From: Planctomycetota bacterium
GTDB taxonomy: Bacteria > Planctomycetota > UBA1135 > UBA2386
Assembly (NCBI GenBank): GCA_041178545.1
Contig: JBEGVB010000052.1
Location: 37,850-101,849 of the forward strand
DNA length: 64,000 bases
Direction: 5' to 3'
Shown here piece by piece: positions 55,393 to 63,997 of the stretch. A program made the translations under genes and the position numbers. Position 1 is the first letter of the stretch. Every line of letters begins with the position of its first letter. Under the pieces are notes generated by a model that did no database searches, was not told the origin of the DNA, and saw only the letters and a list, made by a program, of their open reading frames with translations.

Positions 55393-57788
55393 GGCTTGCG
55401 GTCGGGCGGGGTCAGCAGGTTCGCCAGCAGGCGCACGGCCCCGGGGTGCAGCTTCTTCAGCTGCCGGTAGAGGGCGAGCGCGCAGTAGACGAAGTCACCG
55501 CCCTCGGGCTCCGCGCGGTGCAGCAGCGCGCCGCGCTCCTCGGGCATGCCAGGGTCCTGCATCGACAGCAGCGGCGTGTACGACTCGGCCCATAGGCGTG
55601 GGAAGTAGAGCCCTCGCTCCTGCTCCCACGCGTCCCAGTCCGCGGCACGGATGCGGTTGGGGTGCGTCAGCAGCCGGTGTTCGGGTGCGAGCACCACCAC
55701 GGGCGCGTCAGCACGCGTCACGCGTCCCTTGCCGACCGAGAACGGCTCCTCGGGTGCGCCGCGGAAGGCCTCGCCCGGCGGGTGGAACTCGGTGTCCTTG
55801 TGATAGAAGACGAGCAGGCGCTTGCCGCGCGCGCGGCAGAACTCCAGCAGCCTGCCGAAGCTGCGCCGTGCCTGCGGCCGCGAACGCAGTGCCCGCACGT
55901 CCACCACGATGGTGTCGAAGTCGGCGAGGTCGCGCACTGCGAGGTCGGTGTCGCTGAGCTCGGACCAGCGCAGGCCCAGTCCGCCGATGCCGATCACCGC
56001 AGGCAGCGTGTCATCCGAGCCGCGCACGATGCCGATGTGCAGGTCTGGGTCGATGGCCACGTCCACCTTGTGGACCGGCAGTGCGATGCGGTTGGACCCG
56101 AGGCTGATGCGCAGCACGTCGACGCCGCCCTTGTTGGGCACCGGGGCGCGCACCGAGAAGCGGTGGGAGTCGCCGTGCACGGTGCGCAGGTCCAGTGGCC
56201 GTTGGTCGGCCTCGATTGCGTATCCCGCGGGGGCACGGACCTGGAGCGCGTCCTGCACCGGGAACGCGCTGTTGCGCAGCACGTCCACGGTGAACTGCAC
56301 CGAAGGCCGATTCGTTGGCAGCAGCAGCATGGGCGGCACCGCGGTGAGTTCCACCGGTGCGCGCAGTTCCACCGGGACGTCCACCAGCTGGGTCAGCTGG
56401 GCATTGCCCGTGGCCAGCACCACGCGGAGCCGCACGGGCAGGTGGAAGCGGTCGCCGCGGAAGCGCGGTCCCATGAGGTCGGCAGAGCTGCTGGCTGCGA
56501 CCGGAACCCGGTGCCGCAACGCGATCCGGAGCGTTGCAGCGGGTGCGGCCACCTGCTGTTCGAGCGGTTCACCCGCTTCGCGCGTCACGAGTCCACCCTC
56601 GACTGCCTCCACGCCCACGAGCCGCAGCTCCCTCGCGCTGCCGTTGTGCACGCGCAAGGTGAGCTCAAGCTCCTCGCCGGGCACGGCCACTGCGCCCGGT
56701 TTGGTGTCGACTTCCACGAGCACGTGTGCGGCCGCGAGTGCGACGCGGTCGAGGGCCTCGATGCGGCGCTCCCTTCGCGTCGGCCGCACGTCCTCGTCGC
56801 GAGGGACCTCCGCTTGCAGCGCAGCACGGGCTGCGAGGGCCTGGTCCAGCAGGTCCGGCGCACCCGCCACGAGTGGGAACTCGGGCGGCCAGTCGCCCGG
56901 GATGCCGTCGAGCAGGTCCTTGCCCGCAACGTCGTCCCAGCCCGGCACCGGCACGAAGTGGCTCACCGGTGGCAGCACCGACTCCATCGGCGCCGCCGGT
57001 CCGCCGCTCGGGTGCAGCTGGTCGAGCACGTTCCACGCCAGGCGCCGGTAGGTCAGTCCGCGCAGCGGTTCGACCTCGTCCCCGCGGATCGCATAGGGCG
57101 CCGACTCGGTGCCGTCGGGAGTGCCCATGAGGGCGCGCGGCACGCGGTGCACGATCCCGCTCGCAGGCGCGAACCCGGGATCTGCGGCCAGTCGCAGCGC
57201 CTCGGGCAGCAGCTCCACCAGGGCGAGGTCGTGGCCGTGTTCCTCCGCGGCATGGTGCGTCGTCAGCACCAGGTCGGGCTTCAGCTTGCGGATCGCGACC
57301 ACCAGGGCGTGCAGGGTGTCCTCCCTGCCCCACTCGCCAAAGGCCTCCGCGGCGGTGCGGCAGTAGCCGCCGTCCGGGCGGTCCAGGTAGTGCGCCTCGA
57401 TGCCGAGGGCGCGGCAGCCTGTCTCGGTCTCGCGGGTGCGGATCCGTTCGAGCGCGTCGCCGGTCTCCGGGCCGCGGCTGTTCTGCCCGCCCCCCCCGCG
57501 GGTGGCGAGCAACACGGCCACGCGCGCGCCGTGGCGGAAGCGCAACCAGGCTGCCGGCAGCACGTAGCGGTCGTCTGGATGGGAGGCCACCAGCAGTGCC
57601 AGTCGGTCCTCCCCGGCATCGAGGATCGCCTGCTGCAGGGCCACGACGCCGCGGTCGAGGCTCGCCACCGGTTCGACCGTCTGGGCTGGAGCGGGCAGGG
57701 CGGCGAGCGCGGTGACCATCCACGACAACGCCCCGCCGCGGCACCACCGCTGCAGGGCGTCGAGGGAGATCGGGTTCCTCACCGGCAT
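55389..57788 (-). CDS. Large exported PIG-L/LmbE-family deacetylase with a ThuA/class-I-amidotransferase-like C-terminal domain
   Basis: ATG 57788 (track GTG 57812). LLVASHPDDRYVLPAAWL...ATRGGGGQN...HHAAEEHGHD are PIG-L motifs. The long beta-rich middle and C-terminal FYHKDTEF...FVYCALALYRQL are typical of long LmbE forms. Confidence 0.65.
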   Translation of the reverse strand: MPVRNPISLDALQRWCRGGALSWMVTALAALPAPAQTVEPVASLDRGVVALQQAILDAGEDRLALLVASHPDDRYVLPAAWLRFRHGARVAVLLATRGGGGQNSRGPETGDALERIRTRETETGCRALGIEAHYLDRPDGGYCRTAAEAFGEWGREDTLHALVVAIRKLKPDLVLTTHHAAEEHGHDLALVELLPEALRLAADPGFAPASGIVHRVPRALMGTPDGTESAPYAIRGDEVEPLRGLTYRRLAWNVLDQLHPSGGPAAPMESVLPPVSHFVPVPGWDDVAGKDLLDGIPGDWPPEFPLVAGAPDLLDQALAARAALQAEVPRDEDVRPTRRERRIEALDRVALAAAHVLVEVDTKPGAVAVPGEELELTLRVHNGSARELRLVGVEAVEGGLVTREAGEPLEQQVAAPAATLRIALRHRVPVAASSSADLMGPRFRGDRFHLPVRLRVVLATGNAQLTQLVDVPVELRAPVELTAVPPMLLLPTNRPSVQFTVDVLRNSAFPVQDALQVRAPAGYAIEADQRPLDLRTVHGDSHRFSVRAPVPNKGGVDVLRISLGSNRIALPVHKVDVAIDPDLHIGIVRGSDDTLPAVIGIGGLGLRWSELSDTDLAVRDLADFDTIVVDVRALRSRPQARRSFGRLLEFCRARGKRLLVFYHKDTEFHPPGEAFRGAPEEPFSVGKGRVTRADAPVVVLAPEHRLLTHPNRIRAADWDAWEQERGLYFPRLWAESYTPLLSMQDPGMPEERGALLHRAEPEGGDFVYCALALYRQLKKLHPGAVRLLANLLTPPDRKP

Positions 57789-57828
57789 GGCCCTGCGAGG
57801 ATACCCGCGCACTCCACCGGGCGCGGGC

Positions 57829-59766
57829 TCAGAATCCGCTCATGTTGCCCACGACGGTCGCGGCACCGACCACCGCGGCGAGCATCATGTACATCTCGGC
57901 GCCAAACGGGCTGGTGCCCACGCTGGTGAAGCCGTTCTCGTCGACGGTCGACCAGCTCATCGAGCCGAACAGGTGCTGCGTCAGCACCGAGACCTCGGGC
58001 AGCTGGGTCGTGTCGATGGGCATGTCCTCGCTGGCGGGGATCATCGACAGGGCGAACGAGAGGGTCTGGTAGAGCGACTCGAACTCCGCCTTCCAGTCGA
58101 GGAAGGACATGGAGACGGCGTTTGCAGGGAGCTTGCCCACGTACGGTGCAAACTCCTTGTTGCCACGGATGTCGCCCTTGGGGTCGTCCTCGCGGTCCAT
58201 GCGGTTCATGGCGCGCTTCACGTCGCCTGGCGACAGGGCCATCACCATCCAGCCGTTCTTGAAGGCAAAGGTCGGGTTGACCAGCTCGGAGAGGTTCATG
58301 CCCTCCATCCCGGCGGACGGGTCCGCATTGATGCGGAGCGACCACTGCTCGATGCCGCGCTTGTCGCTCTTCTCCAGCTCGACCACGCCGTCGGACATCG
58401 CAACCATGGCTTCGAGGACCTTCACCATGCGGGCCTGGTCCTTCACCTTGACGAGCAGCGTCATCTCGGGCGCCGCCATCAGGCCGGCGAGCGGCATCGA
58501 CCAGTAGACCAGCTGGTCGCCCAGCGAGCCGAACAGGTCGTCCTTCATGGAGAAGCCCATCGTCTTCTCCATCTCGGCCATCTGCGCCTTCATGCCCTCG
58601 ACCATCTTCTCGTCGTAGGCGGTCATCGCGCCCATGAGGGTGTCGTGCAGGACCATCGGCTCCATGGTCATGGCGCGCACACTCACGACGTCCTTGGGCA
58701 CCCACTTGAGGAACGAGGTGTCGAGCGGCTTGGTGCTCAGGTTCATGAGCCCCTTCCGCTCGGCTGTGGGCACCGTCGTGAAGCTGCGGTCCTCGGCGCG
58801 GCCGTTCACGTAGGCACTCGTCATGCCCATGGACTTCATGCCGCGCAGGCCCAGTGCGTCCATGACGCGGCCCATGCCTGCCATGTCGACCATGCCCACC
58901 TCCGGCGCCATGCCCTGCGCCATCTCCATCGCGCCCATGGCGAAATCCATCGCCTTGTCGGTGCGGACGTACATCAGCATCTCCGCGCCGTCAGGGGTCA
59001 GGGTGCGGGTGGTCTCGGTGTAGCCCGCGCTGTTCGTCAGCACGGGCGTGCCCTTCTGCATGGCCTCGAGGGTGGCAGCGACCTCGTCCTTGAGGGTGCC
59101 GATCAGGATGCCGGTGGGCAGCATCGCCAGGTTGAGGCCCATGGGCGTCTCGACCGGGCCGTTGGCGGCGTAGCTCCAGACGGCCACGTCGCCCACCTTG
59201 GACTCGGACTTCTCCATCATGCCGCCGGACTGCTGTTCCAGCAGGTTGAGCCCCAGCGTCACGAGGCCCTTCATCTGCTCGGCGCTGGCGCCAAAGTCGA
59301 GGTGCAGCAGCATCCCGATGTTGGGGATCGGGCCGAAGTCCCCCGCTTCCATCTCCATCTTGGTGATGGCGAAGGTCATGCCGTCGATGCGCATGCTGGA
59401 CATCGTCGACGGGTCCACGGGCAGCTGGCCCGAGGCGTGCATCTCCTTGCCCTGCGTCATCATCTGGTCGACCTGCTCCTGCACCATGGCCATGAGCGGC
59501 GCCACGAACTTCTGCACGTCGGGCTCGTTCCACATCTTGGCGATGGGCATCTGGGCCATCTCCGCCATCGACGTCTTGAGGTCGGGCATCGAGACCGCCA
59601 TCACCGTGCCCTCGGGCAGGTAGGGCAGCAGCGACGGGGTGGACGGGCTCGCCGTGGTGGTCTTGGCCTCGGCCTTGGCCCCTTCCTGGGCGAAGGCGGG
59701 CGCGGCGAGGGAGAGCACGGTGCCGAGGGCGGCGGCGTGCAACGGGAGGTACGAGAGGAAACGCAT
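57829..59766 (-). CDS. Secreted, strikingly methionine-rich protein with a C-terminal hydrophobic anchor; function unknown
   Basis: Signal peptide MRFLSYLPLHAAALGTVLSLAAPAFAQEG. About 70 Met in 645 residues by manual count, for example MDFAMGAMEMAQGMAPEVGMVDMAGMGRVM. Very high GC3. C-terminal MYMMLAAVVGAATVVGNMSGF. Confidence 0.75.
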   Translation of the reverse strand: MRFLSYLPLHAAALGTVLSLAAPAFAQEGAKAEAKTTTASPSTPSLLPYLPEGTVMAVSMPDLKTSMAEMAQMPIAKMWNEPDVQKFVAPLMAMVQEQVDQMMTQGKEMHASGQLPVDPSTMSSMRIDGMTFAITKMEMEAGDFGPIPNIGMLLHLDFGASAEQMKGLVTLGLNLLEQQSGGMMEKSESKVGDVAVWSYAANGPVETPMGLNLAMLPTGILIGTLKDEVAATLEAMQKGTPVLTNSAGYTETTRTLTPDGAEMLMYVRTDKAMDFAMGAMEMAQGMAPEVGMVDMAGMGRVMDALGLRGMKSMGMTSAYVNGRAEDRSFTTVPTAERKGLMNLSTKPLDTSFLKWVPKDVVSVRAMTMEPMVLHDTLMGAMTAYDEKMVEGMKAQMAEMEKTMGFSMKDDLFGSLGDQLVYWSMPLAGLMAAPEMTLLVKVKDQARMVKVLEAMVAMSDGVVELEKSDKRGIEQWSLRINADPSAGMEGMNLSELVNPTFAFKNGWMVMALSPGDVKRAMNRMDREDDPKGDIRGNKEFAPYVGKLPANAVSMSFLDWKAEFESLYQTLSFALSMIPASEDMPIDTTQLPEVSVLTQHLFGSMSWSTVDENGFTSVGTSPFGAEMYMMLAAVVGAATVVGNMSGF

Positions 59767-59889
59767 GTTCTTGGGTTTGGAGTGCCGGGTTGGGGGCCCG
59801 TTCCCGCAGGTGGCGGGGCCGGGGGTGAGTGTGGCCGGGGTGGCCCGGGAGTTGTCGCGGCGCGACCCAGGGGGCCGCCCGCAACGGGA

Positions 59890-61245
59890 TCACTGCTTGG
59901 CTGCGAGCTTCTTGAGTGCTTCCTTGATCTCTTCCTCTGCGCCGATCAGGGCGTTCTGGAGCTTCTCGATGGCCTTGTCGAGGCCCTTGGTCTTGCCCTC
60001 GGCCACCATCTTGGTGAGGTCCTGCATGGCCTCGGTGACCTTGGCGTTGCTGCCCGACCGGGCGAACCAGAGCATCAGGCCCGCCTGGAAGATGTTGTAG
60101 GCGATGGCCTGGGCCTCCATCTCGCCGTTGATGTCAAAGGAGCTGAACCAGGACTTCAGGTCCTTGACCCCGCCGCGCTGGATGTGGCCGCGTGCGAAGT
60201 GGGCTCCGATGCCGTCGTTGACGAAGCGGTTGGGGAGCGCCCCAAAGCCCTCGAGCAGCCACAGCGGCAGCTCGGCATTGGCGAACATCCGGTTGGCATA
60301 GGCCATCCCGACGGCGTGGCGCACGTTGTACGCGCCCCAGTCCTTCTCCCAGATGCACAGGGCGGGTCGCACCTCGCCCACGTCCCGGATCACCATCCGG
60401 CGCTCGTCGCTGGCGAGGAACGCGCCGTAGGACGACGTGGCGTCCCCCATCGCGGAGCCGAGCTGTTGGTACTCGTCGGTCGTGGAGGCGATGAACACCA
60501 CCGGGCGGTCGCCGGGCAGCGGTTCCGCGAGGCCGAAGAGGGGCTTGAGGATCTCGTAGGCCTTGTCGGCCTCCAGCTTGGCCTCCTGCAGCTTGGCGAG
60601 CGGCAGCGTGCTCGCCAGCGTCGTGTATGCCGTGCGGAAGGTGCGTGCCGTCTCGACCTGCGAGTGGAACGCGTCCGCCTCCTTCTCGTCGACCCAGCGC
60701 CCGTCACTGCCGATGGGGAACAGGCCCTGCTCCGCCTTCGGCAGGTCCTTTGCCGGGATGAACTGTCCGGTCGTTGGGTGGCGCACCTTGCCGTTGAGCA
60801 GCGCGAGCTTCTCGGCCTTCGACACGCGCTCTCCCTCGTGGAAGTAGACGCCCTTCTTCGCGTCCGCCACCTGCTCCTTGTCGACGTAGATGCCGTCGAC
60901 TTCCACCATGCCCTTGGCCTTCGCCTCGGCCTCCATCGCCTTCTTTGCCGCCGCCGCAGCATCCTTGGTGGACATCCACTTGCCGTCGACCTGCACGTTG
61001 CCGAGTGCGTTGTTGGCGCCTTCGTGCTCCGGCTTCAGCTTGAGGACTGCCTGGAAGATGCGCTTTGCGTCTGCGGCGAGGCTCTTCGACTCGGCCCACT
61101 TGCCTGCCTCGTAGAGCTTTTCTGCGTCCTGCTTGGCGGCGGTCTCCTTCTGCCGCAGCTCGTTCTTGAGCTGGGCCGGCGACTGGGCCGCGAGTCCTGC
61201 AGCGAGCAGGAGGAACGAGGTCAGCAACGAGAGCAGTCGGTTCAT
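59890..61245 (-). CDS. Secreted protein with an N-terminal helical region and a degenerate MA-peptidase-like (DUF1570-like) C-terminal domain, putative
   Basis: ATG 61245 within track ORF 59890..61482. Signal peptide MNRLLSLLTSFLLLAAGLAAQS. LPLWLLEGFGAL parallels WFHEGIAQTL of the 54370 gene. RHAVGM sits where an HExxH would be expected. Confidence 0.5.
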   Translation of the reverse strand: MNRLLSLLTSFLLLAAGLAAQSPAQLKNELRQKETAAKQDAEKLYEAGKWAESKSLAADAKRIFQAVLKLKPEHEGANNALGNVQVDGKWMSTKDAAAAAKKAMEAEAKAKGMVEVDGIYVDKEQVADAKKGVYFHEGERVSKAEKLALLNGKVRHPTTGQFIPAKDLPKAEQGLFPIGSDGRWVDEKEADAFHSQVETARTFRTAYTTLASTLPLAKLQEAKLEADKAYEILKPLFGLAEPLPGDRPVVFIASTTDEYQQLGSAMGDATSSYGAFLASDERRMVIRDVGEVRPALCIWEKDWGAYNVRHAVGMAYANRMFANAELPLWLLEGFGALPNRFVNDGIGAHFARGHIQRGGVKDLKSWFSSFDINGEMEAQAIAYNIFQAGLMLWFARSGSNAKVTEAMQDLTKMVAEGKTKGLDKAIEKLQNALIGAEEEIKEALKKLAAKQ

Positions 61246-61297
61246 GGCGTGGTTCGCGGAAAGTAGCCGTGGACGGGCACGCAGGTCGAGCACGGCA

Positions 61298-61918
61298 TCA
61301 TCGCATGCCGTGGCCCTTGTTCCTGCCCTCTGGCGTGAATCGGTGCCACGACTCGAGGCGTTGCCCTGGCCGGAGGGACAGGTACGGCGACCACCGCGGG
61401 CGGGCCGGCGGGCGCAAGAGCCGCAGCCCGGCCTCCTTGAGGCTGCGGTTGCCCTTGCGCGCGTTGCACCCGACACAGGCAAGGACGCAGTTCTCCCAGT
61501 TGGTCCCGCCGCCGCGGCTGCGAGGGGTGACGTGGTCGATGCTCATCCGGTCGCCGCTCCCGCGCTTGCCGCAGTACTGGCACGTCGAGTCGTCGCGCAG
61601 GAACAGGTTGCGGCGCGTGAACGGTGCCTCGTGGTTGGGCACCCGGTCGTACCCCGTCAGCAGGATCACCTCGGGCACCGGGACCCTGCGTGTCGGGGAG
61701 CGCAGGTACAGGTCGGTGGGCGGTGACTCGAGCGCGCACCACTGGTCGAAGTCGAGCACCGCCAGCGTGTCGGTTGCCACGACCCGGGCCGCGTCGCGGT
61801 ACACCATGCAGACCGCGCGCCAGGCCGGGGTCACGTGCACGGGTGTCCACGAACGATTGAGCACGAGCGTCGCGCGCTCCAGCGCCTTGGTCACCCGGAC
61901 GTGCTCGCTCGGTTGCAT
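61298..61918 (-). CDS. HNH endonuclease family protein (McrA-like)
   Basis: CQYCGKRGSGDRMSIDHVTPRSRGGGTNWENCVLACVGCNARKGN is a canonical HNH/CCCC zinc motif. Confidence 0.85.
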   Translation of the reverse strand: MQPSEHVRVTKALERATLVLNRSWTPVHVTPAWRAVCMVYRDAARVVATDTLAVLDFDQWCALESPPTDLYLRSPTRRVPVPEVILLTGYDRVPNHEAPFTRRNLFLRDDSTCQYCGKRGSGDRMSIDHVTPRSRGGGTNWENCVLACVGCNARKGNRSLKEAGLRLLRPPARPRWSPYLSLRPGQRLESWHRFTPEGRNKGHGMR

Positions 61919-62113
61919 CGTGGTGCTGCCAGCCTGCGGGAGCGCACGGCCACCGTGTGCTTTCCGCGTCCTCCGTCGGCAGGCTGTCGGAGTGTAGAAC
62001 TGCCTGCAAAACCCACAAGGAAGGCCGCAAAACGGACTTTCGTTGCGGGTTCCGGGAGGCAGGGCTACACTGCGCCGTTTTCCACCTCCGGTCTTGACAC
62101 CGCGCGCGCACCC

Positions 62114-62548
62114 ATGAAGTCCAACGCACTTGCCGGCCTTGCCTTCGGCCTCGTCGCGGCACTTGCCGCCTGCTCGTCTGCACCCGAAGAGGCACCCCCG
62201 TCAGGCGGCGGCCTCGGCGTTGCCGCCATCCAGTTCCAAGACGTCGTGGTGCCGGACGGCCTGACGATGATCGAGCGCTTCAACGAGAGCTACTCCATCG
62301 AGGAGGCCGGCTACCGGCAGGCGCGCTTCGAGTACTCGGGCCAGACCCGGGTCGAGGACGCCAGCTCCCACCTGCTCCAGCGCATGCCGCAGCACGCGTG
62401 GACCCTGTCCTCCGACGAGCAGGTGGACAAGGCGACCCGCAAGTTGAAGTTCATCCGCGGCCGATACATCGCCGAGTACACGCTGGTCCGCAAGGACGGC
62501 ATCACCACCATGCGAGTGGACTACCGTACCGACATCGACACCAAGTGA
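62114..62548 (+). CDS. Lipoprotein of unknown function
   Basis: ATG 62114 within track ORF 61835..62548. Lipobox MKSNALAGLAFGLVAALAACSS. Confidence 0.65.
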   Translation: MKSNALAGLAFGLVAALAACSSAPEEAPPSGGGLGVAAIQFQDVVVPDGLTMIERFNESYSIEEAGYRQARFEYSGQTRVEDASSHLLQRMPQHAWTLSSDEQVDKATRKLKFIRGRYIAEYTLVRKDGITTMRVDYRTDIDTK

Positions 62549-62625
62549 TCGGCAGGACTCCTCAAACGACTTGCTGACAGATACTTAGAGCGGCTCGCCC
62601 GCGCGCAGGCCGCCGAGAACGAACC

Positions 62626-63828
62626 ATGACCGCTGCACTCCCTCCCCAGATGGAAGGTACCCAGGCACCCAGTGCCGTCGAGATGCTCTGGCACCAGTAC
62701 CGCGGGCTCTTCCGCCTGCTGGTGCTCGCGCTGATCGTCTCCCTCGGCCTCAACTACGGGTGGGCGTACTACCAGCGGGTCGAGCGCGACCGCGAGTACT
62801 CAGCTTTCGCCGCAACTACTGGCCTCGCAAATGGTTACAACAACTCGTCGCTGCCGGCGAGCCTGGAGCAGCAGCGCCTGCAGCAGGCCTACATGCAGTT
62901 GCCGGGCGACCTCTCCAAGGAAGTCGCCAAGCTGGATGACGCCAAGCTGGAGCAGGCGATCCAGCAGGCGGATGCGGCCCGCAAGCCCTACCTGATTTGG
63001 GTGGCCGCGGCCCGCGCGGTGGAAACGCAGCAGTGGGAGAAGGCCGAGGCGGCTCTGGCCCGGCTGGAGGGTGAGTACCCCAAGCACGTGCTCTGCGTGA
63101 CCACGGACTACCCTGTGCAAGTGCGTCCCGAGGTCAAGAAGGACGAGGCCGCGGATGCGGTGAAGAAGCCCAACCAGAAGCCAGACTTGGAGCCCGCCAA
63201 GCAGGGATCCTTGGTCTCGATGCTGCGCGCCCAGATTGCCAGCCACAAGAGCTTCCAGCTGCCCGCCCAGTTCCGGCAGCCCCCAGTCCCAGAGAATGCA
63301 CCCAAGGTGAAGGTCAAGCTGTCCGGTGGCTGGGGCGAGTTCACCATCGCGCTGCTGCCTGAGGCTGCGCCCAAGCACGTTGCCAAGTTCCTCGAACTGG
63401 TGGACGCCAAGTTCTTCGACGGCATCAAGGTGGACGAGATCCACCGCGACGGCACCCGCGCCAAGTTCTACGACCCCGAGTTCCACTTCGGGTTCGAGAA
63501 GACCAAGACCACCGACGACCGTACCCAGTGGCTGGACTCCAATCCGAGCGCCAACCAAGTCGAGTGGGAGACCAACGACCTGAGCCACTTCCCTGGTGCC
63601 ATTGCGGCCCGCGCCGAGGGGGACAAGTCGAGCCCGGATCGCCTCTGGGTGTGCATTGACGACCTGGCCAAGATGGACGGCAACCGTGTCATCTTCGGGT
63701 TCGTGGTGGAGGGTTTGGACAAGATCCGTGGCATCACCGACGCCCCCTTCTCCACCAGCCAGGAAGAAGAGATGGGCAGCGGCAAGCCGGCCGACAACAT
63801 CGTCATCGAGTCCATCACCAAGCTCTGA
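62626..63828 (+). CDS. Membrane-anchored protein with a divergent cyclophilin-type PPIase-like C-terminal domain
   Basis: TM FRLLVLALIVSLGLNYGWAYY. C-terminal GEFTIALLPEAAPKHVAKFLELVDAKFFDGIKVDEIHRD...FPGAIAARAEG...RVIFGFVVEGLDKIRGI follows the cyclophilin fold pattern. The FMIQGGD segment is not conserved. Confidence 0.6.
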   Translation: MTAALPPQMEGTQAPSAVEMLWHQYRGLFRLLVLALIVSLGLNYGWAYYQRVERDREYSAFAATTGLANGYNNSSLPASLEQQRLQQAYMQLPGDLSKEVAKLDDAKLEQAIQQADAARKPYLIWVAAARAVETQQWEKAEAALARLEGEYPKHVLCVTTDYPVQVRPEVKKDEAADAVKKPNQKPDLEPAKQGSLVSMLRAQIASHKSFQLPAQFRQPPVPENAPKVKVKLSGGWGEFTIALLPEAAPKHVAKFLELVDAKFFDGIKVDEIHRDGTRAKFYDPEFHFGFEKTKTTDDRTQWLDSNPSANQVEWETNDLSHFPGAIAARAEGDKSSPDRLWVCIDDLAKMDGNRVIFGFVVEGLDKIRGITDAPFSTSQEEEMGSGKPADNIVIESITKL

Positions 63829-63852
63829 TCCTGCAGAGCAACCACCACATGC

Positions 63853-63885
63853 GGGGCGCGACCGGGTCGCGCCCCGTGGTGTTTC
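63853..63885 (+). terminator. Rho-independent terminator candidate after the PPIase-like gene
   Basis: GGGGCGCGAC-cgg-GTCGCGCCCC (10-bp stem) followed by GTGGTGTTTCT. Confidence 0.6.
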
Positions 63886-63923
63886 TGGGCTGCGCGACTC
63901 CCCTGAGTCCTCGGTCAGAGGTC

Positions 63924-63939
63924 TGTTCCACGTGGAACA
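63924..63939. other. parS (ParB-binding centromere-like site), perfect palindrome TGTTCCACGTGGAACA
   Basis: Exact 16-bp palindrome matching the parS consensus TGTTNCACGTGNAACA. Non-coding location about 20 kb from dnaA. Confidence 0.8.
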
Positions 63940-63981
63940 AGGCCTCCCAGCCGGAAGTTCTGGCCCCTACCGGACTCGGTG

Positions 63982-63997
63982 CGTTCCACGTGGAACA
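63982..63997. other. parS second copy, cGTTCCACGTGGAACA (15/16)
   Basis: 58 bp from the first copy. The flanks extend the inverted symmetry (GTCTGTTCCACGTGGAAC versus GTTCCACGTGGAACAGAC). Confidence 0.75.

Noticed and set aside
55389-57788. LmbE/PIG-L family protein as the BshB partner of the nearby bshA
   Set aside because: BshB enzymes are small cytoplasmic proteins. This one is about 800 aa with a signal-like N-terminus and extra domains, so it is more likely an envelope carbohydrate deacetylase.
57712-61266. 1184-aa plus-strand ORF (His-rich) spanning two minus-strand genes and their spacer
   Set aside because: This is a shadow ORF of the kind expected at this GC. Its His richness is just the complement of the many ATG codons in the Met-rich gene. 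The minus-strand frames have signal peptides, very high GC3 and sensible domain content, and the plus frame has none of these.
61919-62113. Divergent 195-bp spacer at the strand switch as oriC
   Set aside because: I found only one DnaA-box-like core (TTTTCCAC, 62078..62085) and no clear low-GC unwinding region. The orientation argument is kept as a separate finding, but the sequence itself does not support calling an origin here.
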